49,010 nt of DNA from a virus, in the IMG/VR virus record IMGVR_UViG_3300033145_000155; one strand, 5' to 3'. The stretch's first letter is position 1. Each line of letters opens with the position of its first letter. Position numbers and translations under genes: made by a program. Below are positions 28,480 to 37,569 of this stretch, piece by piece. Under the pieces are notes generated by a model. It was given only the letters and a program-made list of their open reading frames with translations, made no database searches and was not told the origin of the DNA.

Positions 28480-28504
28480 AGATCGTTTTATAATTTAACG
28501 ATCT
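28480..28504. repeat. PE25 copy 12
   Basis: AGATCGTTT-TATAATT-TAACGATCT. On the minus strand it runs directly into GGAG, then the ATG at 28468. Confidence 0.85.
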
Positions 28505-28722
28505 TAAATCCCAAGCAATTTATTATTGACAGCCTTTTTAAGTTCATCTACAGTTTTAGTCAAGTTATCTATTTTAGATATTACTATAGTTGAACAAGCA
28601 TGTTGTCGTTCTGCACAAGTTTTATCCTTCACTTTACCATTACTCCCTAAATACTTACCAGTAGTCCCTGAAACAAATGCTATAACTATCCCACTTAATA
28701 CATAAGTAATTGGTTCAGCCAT
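28504..28722 (-). CDS. small membrane protein (72 aa, one N-terminal TM segment), holin-like candidate
   Basis: Start moved to MAEPITYVLSGIVIAFVSG (TAATG overlap with the TerL stop, SD GGAGGG). Confidence 0.5.
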   Translation of the reverse strand: MAEPITYVLSGIVIAFVSGTTGKYLGSNGKVKDKTCAERQHACSTIVISKIDNLTKTVDELKKAVNNKLLGI

Positions 28723-30269
28723 TATATAGCCCTCCACTCCTCAATAGGAGAATCATATTTAAGTTCATTGTATTCAGCCTCTACATCAGCAGTGTTTTCC
28801 TTAGGGCTGAAATACCTCTCTCCCAATTCAAGCATTTCTATTAAATAAGCCTCAGCATCCATTATGTCCCAGAGTGCAGAACGAGGAAACATTAAAAGTT
28901 GCGCTTCTAACTTCTTCATTGTCTGACATGAATCATTGTGATAGATGTAACCGCCACGGTAATAAGGTACAAGTTCCTTAATACGAAGTTCTTTCTTCAT
29001 CCCACCTCTAGTCTTAAGCCAGACTAGTTCATAGAAACTTCCACGCCGAAACATTTCGTTTTTAATAGGTTGTTTAATAAATTCATTCAACGAAGTTTCT
29101 TCAATTCCTAATACCTTTGCATCCAACATTTGAGCCATGCCAAACATAGCATCATAGATTTCATCTGGATACATTTTCTCTGATATGATATCCCTAATGA
29201 ACAATCGAGCAGATGTTAGATCAATCCCTATACCAATTATAGCTGACTCAGCAGAATGGATTTTTACAGTTTTAGCAGGGTCGAGAATAATAACCGTCTC
29301 AATATTATTATCCTGCTGAACTTCAACATCAAGCATTTTAATATCATTCTCGCCAACACCTCTATCCGGTGGTAAGTTATAGTATCTAAAATACTCCTGA
29401 CGAAACGCTGAGTCTTTCGTTGAAATAGGTAAGTTGCGTAACTCACGAAAGAAAACATCTGTCTGGCCAGCATCTACGTGTTGCTGCCATTCAATAGCTA
29501 TTGACTCATCAGACATAAAGTTAGGTGCTGTTGAATGAAAGTCATTGTCACAAGCTTCGAGTCGCACAGAGTCCCACTCAGGTGAGTCGAGCAACTTTTG
29601 CAACACTGAGTCTTCATGTTTTAAAGTATCAATGTAGACTATTTTACAATTCTTAGCCATATCACCTATCCTTGGCAATGCTTTGACTACGTCAGCATAA
29701 AGCCACTCGTACCATCCTTTGCGAATTTCTTCATTGTTAATCTTAACAGGGTCTTCAAGGTCATCTATTACAATGAGTCCTGGACGGTCATTTTTGAACA
29801 GCACACCACGAACCTGCTGACCTGCACCTCTTGGCCAAACTAATGTATCGTAAGCAACCCAAGATTTTTTACTAAACACCTCGTCAAATTCCTTGTTATT
29901 CACATCTCGTTGTTTGAAGTCTCCGAAGAAAGCTTTAATATCACGGTTGGTGACAAGCTCTCTCCGGAGATTTTCAGTTTGCAGACTTGCTGCATCATGA
30001 GACTTATTAATGTAGCATATAAACCCTGTATGCCTAAACAATATCCACCTAGCCATTAATGCAAGAGCAACGATGGAAGTCTTCCCCCAACCACGAGGCG
30101 CTGCAATAGCTACTTTCTGTGCAGGGCCATCTATGAGATCGAAGATTTTTCCATGTACAGAGTCAGCAAAAGGCATTGTGAACCGCTCAGGAAAGAATGT
30201 TAAAGCTGTAGCCTTTGTCGATACAGAACATGTTGAAAGTATTTTTTCGAGCTCTTGATCTTTTTTCAT
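28722..30269 (-). CDS. terL: terminase large subunit
   Basis: Walker A-like AAPRGWGKTS, Walker B LIVIDDLED. 515 aa. Confidence 0.85.
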   Translation of the reverse strand: MKKDQELEKILSTCSVSTKATALTFFPERFTMPFADSVHGKIFDLIDGPAQKVAIAAPRGWGKTSIVALALMARWILFRHTGFICYINKSHDAASLQTENLRRELVTNRDIKAFFGDFKQRDVNNKEFDEVFSKKSWVAYDTLVWPRGAGQQVRGVLFKNDRPGLIVIDDLEDPVKINNEEIRKGWYEWLYADVVKALPRIGDMAKNCKIVYIDTLKHEDSVLQKLLDSPEWDSVRLEACDNDFHSTAPNFMSDESIAIEWQQHVDAGQTDVFFRELRNLPISTKDSAFRQEYFRYYNLPPDRGVGENDIKMLDVEVQQDNNIETVIILDPAKTVKIHSAESAIIGIGIDLTSARLFIRDIISEKMYPDEIYDAMFGMAQMLDAKVLGIEETSLNEFIKQPIKNEMFRRGSFYELVWLKTRGGMKKELRIKELVPYYRGGYIYHNDSCQTMKKLEAQLLMFPRSALWDIMDAEAYLIEMLELGERYFSPKENTADVEAEYNELKYDSPIEEWRAI

Positions 30270-30445
30270 AATTTAATTAATCTACAGTTCCCTTGATGTA
30301 TTGAAGGTCTTTTCGTATTTCTGCTAATTCCGCTTCAGGTGTCATTTTAGTCTCCTATTTGGTTATTGGTATAGCTTCAATTTCAGTTGTCATTTTACAC
30401 TCTATTTATAACTGTATCCTTTGTTGAGCAAATTGAGAACTCATT

Positions 30446-32812
30446 TTACCATGATCCTTCGACATACACTGGATACATATATAAATATGTGCCAGCTGAC
30501 CGTTTAACGCTTACTCTTACATATATCATGTATCCATTTTCAAGTTCATATGCGTAATCAGATGTAGTAAATACCCCTGAGCCTGTAAATGTTTGATCTA
30601 TGCCTATCTGTGTCACAGTCCCATTGTACTGCTGTTTATACAACTGTACTAAAGTTGTAGTTGCTTCGTCATCTGTGTTAACAAATATAGTAATAATGTT
30701 AATGATAGCCTCATTTCTTACTGGAATTTCAAAATCCCACACATCATATACTCCATCTCCTGCAACGCCACTACTTCGCACATCACCAGCAGGCCAGGTC
30801 ATTGTTCCATTAGGACTTTCACCATTAAATCTTCCATGAAGTGTAATTACTCTATTATTACTCGCAAACTCAGCACCTGAAAATTTATCTCCAGGAATCA
30901 AATGCCAATTATACCCATTAATATTATACGATGTTGTAAAGCCAGATGACGCCATACAACTTAAAAAAACATCTCTGGTAGTCCCAGCATCATCATACCC
31001 TGTTCCATTCGCACTTGTATTTTCAGCTACAATTCCAATGAAATTGTTATAGTTGTTACCTTCCTCTGAAGCTACTTTAACTCCATAGGTAGCGGCATCC
31101 ACTGAATAACAATCAATCATACCACTCATAAAAACATTTCTTGAGTTCCGCTGATAAAGATAAATCCCGCCTTTTTCTGACTGAGAACGAAGACCAACAA
31201 AGGAATTATCGTAAATTATACCAGGAGATACTCCTTGAAGTAAAAACCCATAAGAATTACTTTGTGAATATAAATTATAGTATCTATTCGCTGCTAACTC
31301 ACCATAGAAAGTTATTCCATAGCAATTTGTATATGCATTATTTGACCTAACATCTTCAACAAGAGATAGATAGGCATTTTTTATCCTAATACCTCCAGCT
31401 CTATTATTATTATCAAAAAAAATACCTCCTAAATATGTATTCTGTGCGCAGTTATCCACTGCACTTCCACCCCAATCAAGCAAATATTCACCTACTGGGA
31501 AACTATTACCAGCTTTAATAATAGATAAACTTTTATTACCAGAAATATACTGGTTCGTTGAAGATATTGCCGTGTTCACAATATAAGTTTTCAACCCAAA
31601 ATAGACTGGTTTCTCTGTAGCTAATGCTTTATAAATTGCATTATAATCGTCAGTAACTCCATCACCTGTTGCTCCCCACCATTCAGGTTTGACCCCACTG
31701 CATGCAGATTCTCCAAAAGCAACACTCCCATCCCCGCTAAACACCTGATAAAGTCCAGCAGAGAAAGGGCCGTTGATGGTGAGAGTTTTTGTGTTAGCGA
31801 CTGTTAGGATTCTTCCTTTAGAAGGTATTAACAAAGTAGTGTTTGCATTGATAGTACAATCATCAACAATTGTAGATGCAGTAGATACTTCTAACTCAAC
31901 ATTAGCAGCACCTATTTTGGTAACAGCTATTTCAAATGTTGAGAACCAAGCAGACTTTACTTTAGTCCCTGAGGCGAAAGTTATAGAACCATCACTTGAG
32001 ATAATTTGATTATCTCCAGCAATCAACTGAGAATTTAATGTAAGAGTCCTTCCAGCATCAATGCTAAGAACTCCTCCATTGAATATCTTAAGTGATAAAT
32101 TACTAGGAATAGTATTATCATAACTTATTACATTCTCATCTGAGACTTCCAAAGTAACTTCTTCATTCTCAACCTGAGCAACTACAGAACGAAGACTATT
32201 AAACCAATCAATCTTTAGTATAGTTCCATCTAAGAAATCATAGTCACCAAGCCCAGCAAAGATTTGATAGTTTCCAGCTTCTATATTTTTAATATTAGAG
32301 AAAACTACTTCTGAATCAACTTGGATGATGTTATTAGGTGAATCCCACTTTAATGTAACATCATTACCCAGTGCACAGGTAGTAGTTATATGAGCTTGAG
32401 AGGTTACTAACAAAGTAACCGAGTCATCATTGGTTAGGTTAATAGCTTTGTAAAGGCTAGGAAACCAAGCTGAGCGAATAACAGATCCATCAGCGAAGTC
32501 TACATCTCCAGCGCCTGTGAAGATTTGACGATCTGGTGCTCTGATATTTCTGGTGTTGATAGTTAGTTGGCCAGAGTTAACTATTGCACCATCTCGCTCG
32601 AAAGCAAGAGTGACGTTGGAAGGGATTGTTAGAGCTGTTACAGTCTGCGGTGAGACAATTTTAATAGTTCGTTCATTAGCACCAACTGCACTTATTGCAT
32701 CGTTGAGAGTTTCGTAAGCACGAGTTACTATTATGTCAGGGAAGAATTCTGCATATGCAGGAGTGACAAATAGTGCTAAAGCTAAAATTATTGAAAGTAT
32801 AAGTTTCTTCAT
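30446..32812 (-). CDS. secretion-signal-bearing beta-helix (pectate-lyase-fold) protein with four N-terminal tandem repeats; tailspike/depolymerase-like
   Basis: Start moved to MKKLILSIILALALFVTPAYA-EF (SD GGAG). Four 86-94-aa repeats each end in a W-F/W motif. The last leads into EWWGATGDGVTDDYNAI, typical of pectate_lyase_3-type domains. Confidence 0.65.
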   Translation of the reverse strand: MKKLILSIILALALFVTPAYAEFFPDIIVTRAYETLNDAISAVGANERTIKIVSPQTVTALTIPSNVTLAFERDGAIVNSGQLTINTRNIRAPDRQIFTGAGDVDFADGSVIRSAWFPSLYKAINLTNDDSVTLLVTSQAHITTTCALGNDVTLKWDSPNNIIQVDSEVVFSNIKNIEAGNYQIFAGLGDYDFLDGTILKIDWFNSLRSVVAQVENEEVTLEVSDENVISYDNTIPSNLSLKIFNGGVLSIDAGRTLTLNSQLIAGDNQIISSDGSITFASGTKVKSAWFSTFEIAVTKIGAANVELEVSTASTIVDDCTINANTTLLIPSKGRILTVANTKTLTINGPFSAGLYQVFSGDGSVAFGESACSGVKPEWWGATGDGVTDDYNAIYKALATEKPVYFGLKTYIVNTAISSTNQYISGNKSLSIIKAGNSFPVGEYLLDWGGSAVDNCAQNTYLGGIFFDNNNRAGGIRIKNAYLSLVEDVRSNNAYTNCYGITFYGELAANRYYNLYSQSNSYGFLLQGVSPGIIYDNSFVGLRSQSEKGGIYLYQRNSRNVFMSGMIDCYSVDAATYGVKVASEEGNNYNNFIGIVAENTSANGTGYDDAGTTRDVFLSCMASSGFTTSYNINGYNWHLIPGDKFSGAEFASNNRVITLHGRFNGESPNGTMTWPAGDVRSSGVAGDGVYDVWDFEIPVRNEAIINIITIFVNTDDEATTTLVQLYKQQYNGTVTQIGIDQTFTGSGVFTTSDYAYELENGYMIYVRVSVKRSAGTYLYMYPVYVEGSW

Positions 32813-32885
32813 TTTTATCTCCTTAGTTTTTCTCTGTTCTAAACAATTCTTGATAAACACCACCTCTGCATATGAGTATTTAGTT

Positions 32886-34532
32886 TCATATCCTTACCTC
32901 ATTAGATTGTTTTATTGTTAAACGATCTTGGGCCTTAGCTAACTTTTCACGCCAAGACTTTGAGTTAATTACTTTAGGTTTCATAGTGTTAAATTGTATA
33001 ACTTGTTTATTGTCAATGTCTTTGACAGTTTCTTTCACATAGGAGAATTTGTCAAGCTCGTATACTTGATTGCTTCTATTGCTGCCATGAACTACCATGT
33101 AAGTGTAAGAAGGTGGAATGGTGTAGACTGTGTCAAATAGGTCACCCATTCTTAAATGAACAGTTTCGTATAAGTCTATTTTTTGTTCTTTCTTTTGCAC
33201 TAAAGCTATGAAAGGGCTTGTTCTAGATCTACCATGAGGAGCGTAGAATGTGTATACTTGGCCATCTGGAGATTGACCAAAGACTTGGTAATTAATGAGG
33301 AAGTTATCTTCCTTCATTATCCTAGCCATGTGCTTCATGTGAGCTATCCAACCAGGAACTACCCAATCATCTATGTCCATGCGAGCCATGATGGGAGTGC
33401 GAGGATAGTTGAGACGCTTGGTAATGTTCTCAGGACATCCCTTGTCAGTCTCCTTAGCCCAATTCTTTGATTGTTCAACTGAGTTTCTCCACTGGGATAA
33501 ATCACCTGAAGTGTATAGAAAGTTGATGTTAAGGCTTCCCCAATCAAGGGATTTGATTCGCTCAGTTGCTTCACAGTCTTCTGGGCCGACAGAGAGATAA
33601 ACAGCAAAGTCTTGGTCAGTTTGAGATTTAAGACTGTTGATAAAGTAATTTTGCATCATAGATAGGTGATTCTCATCTATGACACCTAACTCGTGGAAAG
33701 GTCCAACTTTGTTGTAGATTGCCCTGGACACAACAATGGTTTCTAAGGAAGAAGGATTTGGGCCAACCTTTATTCGATTACGAGGAAACCAAACACAGGA
33801 GAAGCCCCACTTTGATTCAAACAGCTTACGACCTTTTTGAATTAACTCTTCATTGTTTTTAGTCTTTCCATATTTATTATGTCTATCACCTCTATCGTTG
33901 TAAGCAATTAGATTTCTGTCTGTGATGGTGGCTATCTTCCAACCATTTTTTCTAACATTCATTGAGAAGTCAAAGTCCCAAGAACCGATGAAGTATCTTA
34001 TGTCTATGATGTCAGGGATTAAGGCTACTTCTTGACGAATCAGCATTGATGTTCCACCTATGAGGTCAACATCTGCAGTTGGACTAGTTATGGATTCAAT
34101 AGGAGTGCATGTTACCTTGGTGCCGTTGACAGTTCTATGATATACAAGCTGATTATGCATCACATCTACCATACCATAGTCAGGGTTGTTAGTTAAGAAC
34201 TCTAACTCCGCATCCAATGTACCTTCCTTATAATCCATATCATTGTCAGACATGAAGATGAAAGGTGTTTTAGCTGCACGTTTTAAGTTAGTTGCACGTG
34301 GAGGAGCTATGCCACCATTTCCAGAGGAGAAGTAAATGTCTTTTTCAACGAATCCAGATGCAGATTCAATGATTAGGTCTTTCATCACCTTAGATACTTT
34401 TTCTTCTCCTTGAACATGGAGACAGAGATTTAAGGAAAGTGAAGTAGACTTAGGTATGCTAAGCAAGGTTTTGGCTAACCTATCTTCCCTCATCCAAGAT
34501 ACTATAGCTACAGTGATTTGTGGTTTAGTCAT
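32886..34532 (-). CDS. two-domain glycosyltransferase (tandem GT-A/GT2-like modules)
   Basis: N-terminal ITVAIVSW...MSDNDMD (DxD). Second module SLKSQTDQDFAVYL...ARMDIDDW. Confidence 0.65.
   Translation of the reverse strand: MTKPQITVAIVSWMREDRLAKTLLSIPKSTSLSLNLCLHVQGEEKVSKVMKDLIIESASGFVEKDIYFSSGNGGIAPPRATNLKRAAKTPFIFMSDNDMDYKEGTLDAELEFLTNNPDYGMVDVMHNQLVYHRTVNGTKVTCTPIESITSPTADVDLIGGTSMLIRQEVALIPDIIDIRYFIGSWDFDFSMNVRKNGWKIATITDRNLIAYNDRGDRHNKYGKTKNNEELIQKGRKLFESKWGFSCVWFPRNRIKVGPNPSSLETIVVSRAIYNKVGPFHELGVIDENHLSMMQNYFINSLKSQTDQDFAVYLSVGPEDCEATERIKSLDWGSLNINFLYTSGDLSQWRNSVEQSKNWAKETDKGCPENITKRLNYPRTPIMARMDIDDWVVPGWIAHMKHMARIMKEDNFLINYQVFGQSPDGQVYTFYAPHGRSRTSPFIALVQKKEQKIDLYETVHLRMGDLFDTVYTIPPSYTYMVVHGSNRSNQVYELDKFSYVKETVKDIDNKQVIQFNTMKPKVINSKSWREKLAKAQDRLTIKQSNEVRI
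32904..32928. repeat. PE25 copy 13 (inside the 3' end of the GT gene)
   Basis: AGATTGTTT-TATTGTT-AAACGATCT. Encodes DRLTIKQS. Confidence 0.8.
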
Positions 34533-35001
34533 TTGATTTCCTAAATATTGCTATCCTTGCTGATTGATCATCTAGACGATTACAGTTTTTAAGCATGGGT
34601 AATAATCCCTCTGATTGATGATCGTTGTTGAAGTCGTCTATAGCGATATACCGTGAGTGCTTTTGTGCATAGTATAGTTGATTCATCCTTGGTAAAATTC
34701 CGTCTACTAAAGATAGACCAAAGTGGCCTTTTATATCTGCGTCGACATTATTCCATAGACGAAATTCCACGTTAGCAAGATTAAACTTTTTAACTTCTCT
34801 AAGATATATAGAATCTGTTTCATACGAGATTATATCCAAACCTATATTGTTTAACAATATAGTTGACAACCCTGACCCAAATTCAAGGATGGAAGTAATA
34901 TCATACTTTTGTACATAATGATTTATTTTATTCCAACTAGCTATGTCCAGAAACCTAGTAGGAAATGGCCATTCTTTGTATATGTCTTTGTCAGTTTTCA
35001 T
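34525..35001 (-). CDS. class I SAM-dependent methyltransferase-like protein
   Basis: Motif I ILEFGSGLST, acidic post-I ISYETD. Confidence 0.55.
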   Translation of the reverse strand: MKTDKDIYKEWPFPTRFLDIASWNKINHYVQKYDITSILEFGSGLSTILLNNIGLDIISYETDSIYLREVKKFNLANVEFRLWNNVDADIKGHFGLSLVDGILPRMNQLYYAQKHSRYIAIDDFNNDHQSEGLLPMLKNCNRLDDQSARIAIFRKSND

Positions 35002-35026
35002 AGTTAGTTTTATTATAAAACGATCT
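35002..35026. repeat. PE25 copy 14
   Basis: AGTTAGTTT-TATTATA-AAACGATCT. Abuts the ATG at 35001. Confidence 0.75.
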
Positions 35027-35030
35027 TTAT

Positions 35031-35534
35031 TTAATCAAAACTCCATATGTAGATTAGACGGTTTTGAATAGATATTATTTTAACTGGGTTAATATTAGAT
35101 GTCCATTGACTTATGTCGTCCTTTGATATATTGTGGACTTTGTTATCTTTCCATTTATAAGGAAAAGATAAAATAGCATTATAGCTTATCCTTTTTACTT
35201 CTTTAAATGCATCAACTTGATTACTTAAATGTTCCCATACTTGAAGAGCTATAAACAGATCAAACTGCTTATCTTTCACTGGATAAGGAACATTGTTTAA
35301 GTCATGGATTATTTCCTTATGTCCTAAGTTTTTAGGTCTTAATTCTATAATGGTTGAATCATCAGACATATACATGCCTTCTGAGCCAGCTTCGCATATT
35401 GAAGAAGGTTGGATAGTCTTTATTTCATCAATTACTAAAGACATATAATCCCACCTAGCACTATTCCCATGTTGGTAGTAAGGAGAGCCTTTAGCTATTT
35501 CATCGTACTTTGATTTAGTTAATAGATTATCCAT
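35031..35534 (-). CDS. class I SAM-dependent methyltransferase-like protein
   Basis: ICEAGSEG (motif I-like) and FDLFIALQVWEHL (Methyltransf_11/23-like). Confidence 0.55.
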   Translation of the reverse strand: MDNLLTKSKYDEIAKGSPYYQHGNSARWDYMSLVIDEIKTIQPSSICEAGSEGMYMSDDSTIIELRPKNLGHKEIIHDLNNVPYPVKDKQFDLFIALQVWEHLSNQVDAFKEVKRISYNAILSFPYKWKDNKVHNISKDDISQWTSNINPVKIISIQNRLIYIWSFD

Positions 35535-35545
35535 TAAAAATTATC

Positions 35546-35794
35546 CTACTTATCAATCAAAGCATCAGACCCTTCATCTTCTTCAATAGCATCTATTGAA
35601 TGATTAGGGTCAATTTTATCTAGTCCATAATCTATGATCTTGGAAAGAGGACGAGTCCAAGGTATTGAACCTTTATGTTTAAGCTTTAACTTTCCAAGAC
35701 GTGAGCTGATGGTTTCATCAGGGTCACCACCAGCAAAAGTGTTTCCAAGTTGGTCAATGCTTATTAAGATGTTTAATAAATATTTTCCTATCAT
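35546..35794 (-). CDS. hypothetical protein (82 aa)
   Basis: ORF in the operon. Its start overlaps the upstream small TM ORF. Confidence 0.55.
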   Translation of the reverse strand: MIGKYLLNILISIDQLGNTFAGGDPDETISSRLGKLKLKHKGSIPWTRPLSKIIDYGLDKIDPNHSIDAIEEDEGSDALIDK

Positions 35795-35933
35795 TAGTTA
35801 ACCCACCAATTACTAAGTAAATAGCCTCAACAGAGTTTTCCTCAGGGAGAAGCCAACAAAGAGCTCCAGCCAAAACTAAAAAGACTAAAGGACCTAAATT
35901 TGATTTTATAAGTTCAGTGATTACTTCTTTCAT
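35754..35933 (-). CDS. small membrane protein (59 aa, below the ORF-track cutoff), holin candidate
   Basis: SD AGGAGGAG then ATG at 35933. Hydrophobic core LGPLVFLVLAGALCWLL. Confidence 0.45.
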   Translation of the reverse strand: MKEVITELIKSNLGPLVFLVLAGALCWLLPEENSVEAIYLVIGGLTNDRKIFIKHLNKH

Positions 35934-35941
35934 GGCTCCTC

Positions 35942-36331
35942 CTATTTATAATGAAACTTACTTATCCCTAACTTAAATTTATCTATCCCTTCCATATGCT
36001 TCATAAACAAGGCAAATGCTGTCTTACTATTCCATATTGTATGGTGTCCTTTTGTCATACCTAAAAGTATACAGGCTGTTGTATCTTCTTCTTTGTTGCC
36101 CCAGTGAAATCGAATCAATGTATGCCCCTTAACTACTATTTCAAAGGTATCTCCAAATTTATGGCTTTTAACCCTAACACAGTCATATATTCCTTCTGGA
36201 ATTTGGAATCTTTTAAGGTCATTAGAATCAGGCTCCAGCGTCAAACAAAGAAGTTCACCATCAATAATAAGTATTCCTGGACACCCTAAATTAGATTCAT
36301 TAAACCTTAATATATCAACTATCATTTTCAA
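35942..36331 (-). CDS. DUF5675-like protein with a YkuD-like His...Cys signature; candidate cell-wall hydrolase
   Basis: FHWGNKEEDTTACILLG resembles the L,D-transpeptidase-fold H-x(n)-(S/T)-x-C-I motif. This is an inference. Confidence 0.4.
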   Translation of the reverse strand: MKMIVDILRFNESNLGCPGILIIDGELLCLTLEPDSNDLKRFQIPEGIYDCVRVKSHKFGDTFEIVVKGHTLIRFHWGNKEEDTTACILLGMTKGHHTIWNSKTAFALFMKHMEGIDKFKLGISKFHYK

Positions 36332-36833
36332 CTACCTCTGCTTCAACAATGCCAGATTCCTCAACAGCCTTAGTCCCGCGCTGTTTGAAAGCTTCTAATT
36401 CCTCCTTTGTTAAAGTGTAAGAAGCATTAAGGTTATGGATTTTGGTAGGAGCCCTTAATCCACTGAGTTCCAACGCAACTGTATCTGCCACAGCTTTTTT
36501 ATCCTTAAGTGTTGACTCACCAGAATTATCATCAAAGATCTCATGATAAACATCTAATGCCTTGTTAGTCAACACTCTAATTTTTTCTGAAACTTTTTTC
36601 GCTTCCTCATCACGGTCAAGGCGAATCTCGGAAAGTTTACGTTCACCAAGCTCGGAGTTAAGGGTGTTGGAAACTGTCTGGGGATGGATATTTAAAATCT
36701 CTGCTATCTCTACATTCTTATACCCAAGCCCTTGAATTTCATAGGTTTTACGTTCACCACTTTCTGCACGTCGCTTGTCTGGCACAAGAAAGTCAAACCC
36801 ATAAAGCCCCTGTCTAGTCTCCACACCTTCCAT
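36315..36833 (-). CDS. HTH protein (sigma-70 region 4/LuxR-like helix-turn-helix), possibly the terminase small subunit
   Basis: GYKNVEIAEILNIHPQTVSNTL. It is the second gene of the late operon. Confidence 0.4.
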   Translation of the reverse strand: MEGVETRQGLYGFDFLVPDKRRAESGERKTYEIQGLGYKNVEIAEILNIHPQTVSNTLNSELGERKLSEIRLDRDEEAKKVSEKIRVLTNKALDVYHEIFDDNSGESTLKDKKAVADTVALELSGLRAPTKIHNLNASYTLTKEELEAFKQRGTKAVEESGIVEAEVVENDS

Positions 36834-36838
36834 CTTGG

Positions 36839-36952
36839 TTACTTCCTACCTTTCCCATTCTTTGGTTGTTTCGCTGGAGCACATCCTCCACGACCTTTAT
36901 TATCCCTCTTACCATTCCCACTACCATCTTTCTTAGGAACTCCTTTACTCAT
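36839..36952 (-). CDS. small basic Gly-rich protein (37 aa, below the ORF-track cutoff)
   Basis: SD GAGG then ATG at 36952. Sequence MSKGVPKKDGSGNGKRDNKGRGGCAPAKQPKNGKGRK. It is the first ORF after the late promoter. Confidence 0.45.
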   Translation of the reverse strand: MSKGVPKKDGSGNGKRDNKGRGGCAPAKQPKNGKGRK

Positions 36953-36991
36953 AGCAATTTACCTCAATTTCCTTTCCATATTCTAAATTCT

Positions 36992-37020
36992 ACCATATCA
37001 TAACTACAAACGTTTGTCAA
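36992..37020 (-). promoter_or_regulatory. sigma70-like promoter of the long minus-strand (late/structural) operon
   Basis: On the minus strand: TTGACA, 17 nt, TATGGT, preceded by TGa (extended -10). Confidence 0.6.
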
Positions 37021-37045
37021 CGTATTTTTCAGTACAATTACTACC

Positions 37046-37070
37046 AGACCGTTTATTTATTAAACGATCT
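37046..37070. repeat. PE25 copy 15 (in the divergent control region)
   Basis: AGACCGTTT-ATTTATT-AAACGATCT, about 26 nt upstream of the late -35 box. Confidence 0.8.
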
Positions 37071-37215
37071 ATACTTAACCGTACATGTTGGGACATTTTA
37101 TAAATCTTCAGACAAAATGTGAGAGATGTAACCCCCGCGCTATTACGTCTAATTTCCCCCATTGGATTGAACTGTTAATAAAATCAATGGGTTACGTGCT
37201 AGGTAAAAATAAACA

Positions 37216-37243
37216 TTGACAATGGTGGTTGTTATGATATGGA
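37216..37243 (+). promoter_or_regulatory. sigma70-like early promoter
   Basis: TTGACA, 16 nt, TATGGA, with TGa as an extended -10. Confidence 0.5.
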
Positions 37244-37293
37244 ATATGTTCATTGACAATTGAATAATGCACGTGCCGGAAACGAGGTTTATT

Positions 37294-37470
37294 ATGAGGT
37301 TGAAAAACATCAAACGAAAATTGATGGAATTGAATGACGACGGCAAAGGTAATACAAACATAATGTTGAATCCGTGGAATGAAGGTTACATAACGGCGCT
37401 CGTGGATTACGCTGTTATAAATGAGGATGAATTTGATACATTGATGAAATGGTTTAAAACAGGAGAATAA
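37294..37470 (+). CDS. hypothetical protein (58 aa)
   Basis: Start moved to the ATG at 37294 (GAGG 8 nt upstream). Confidence 0.5.
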   Translation: MRLKNIKRKLMELNDDGKGNTNIMLNPWNEGYITALVDYAVINEDEFDTLMKWFKTGE

Positions 37471-37569
37471 CATTAACAGGCGCGTGCATTATTGAATTAT
37501 TAATGGCTCTTTTACAATTGAATAACGTTGCAACTCCATGATACAAACTAAAATGGAAGGAGTTTTATC

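Noticed and set aside
30277-30445. Three mini-ORFs (12, 12 and 22 codons) between the beta-helix gene and TerL; all are in one frame, separated by TAA and TAG
   Set aside because: They are too short and there is no family resemblance. Being in the same frame has roughly a 1-in-9 chance expectation. They could be a decayed small gene, but I cannot support a call.
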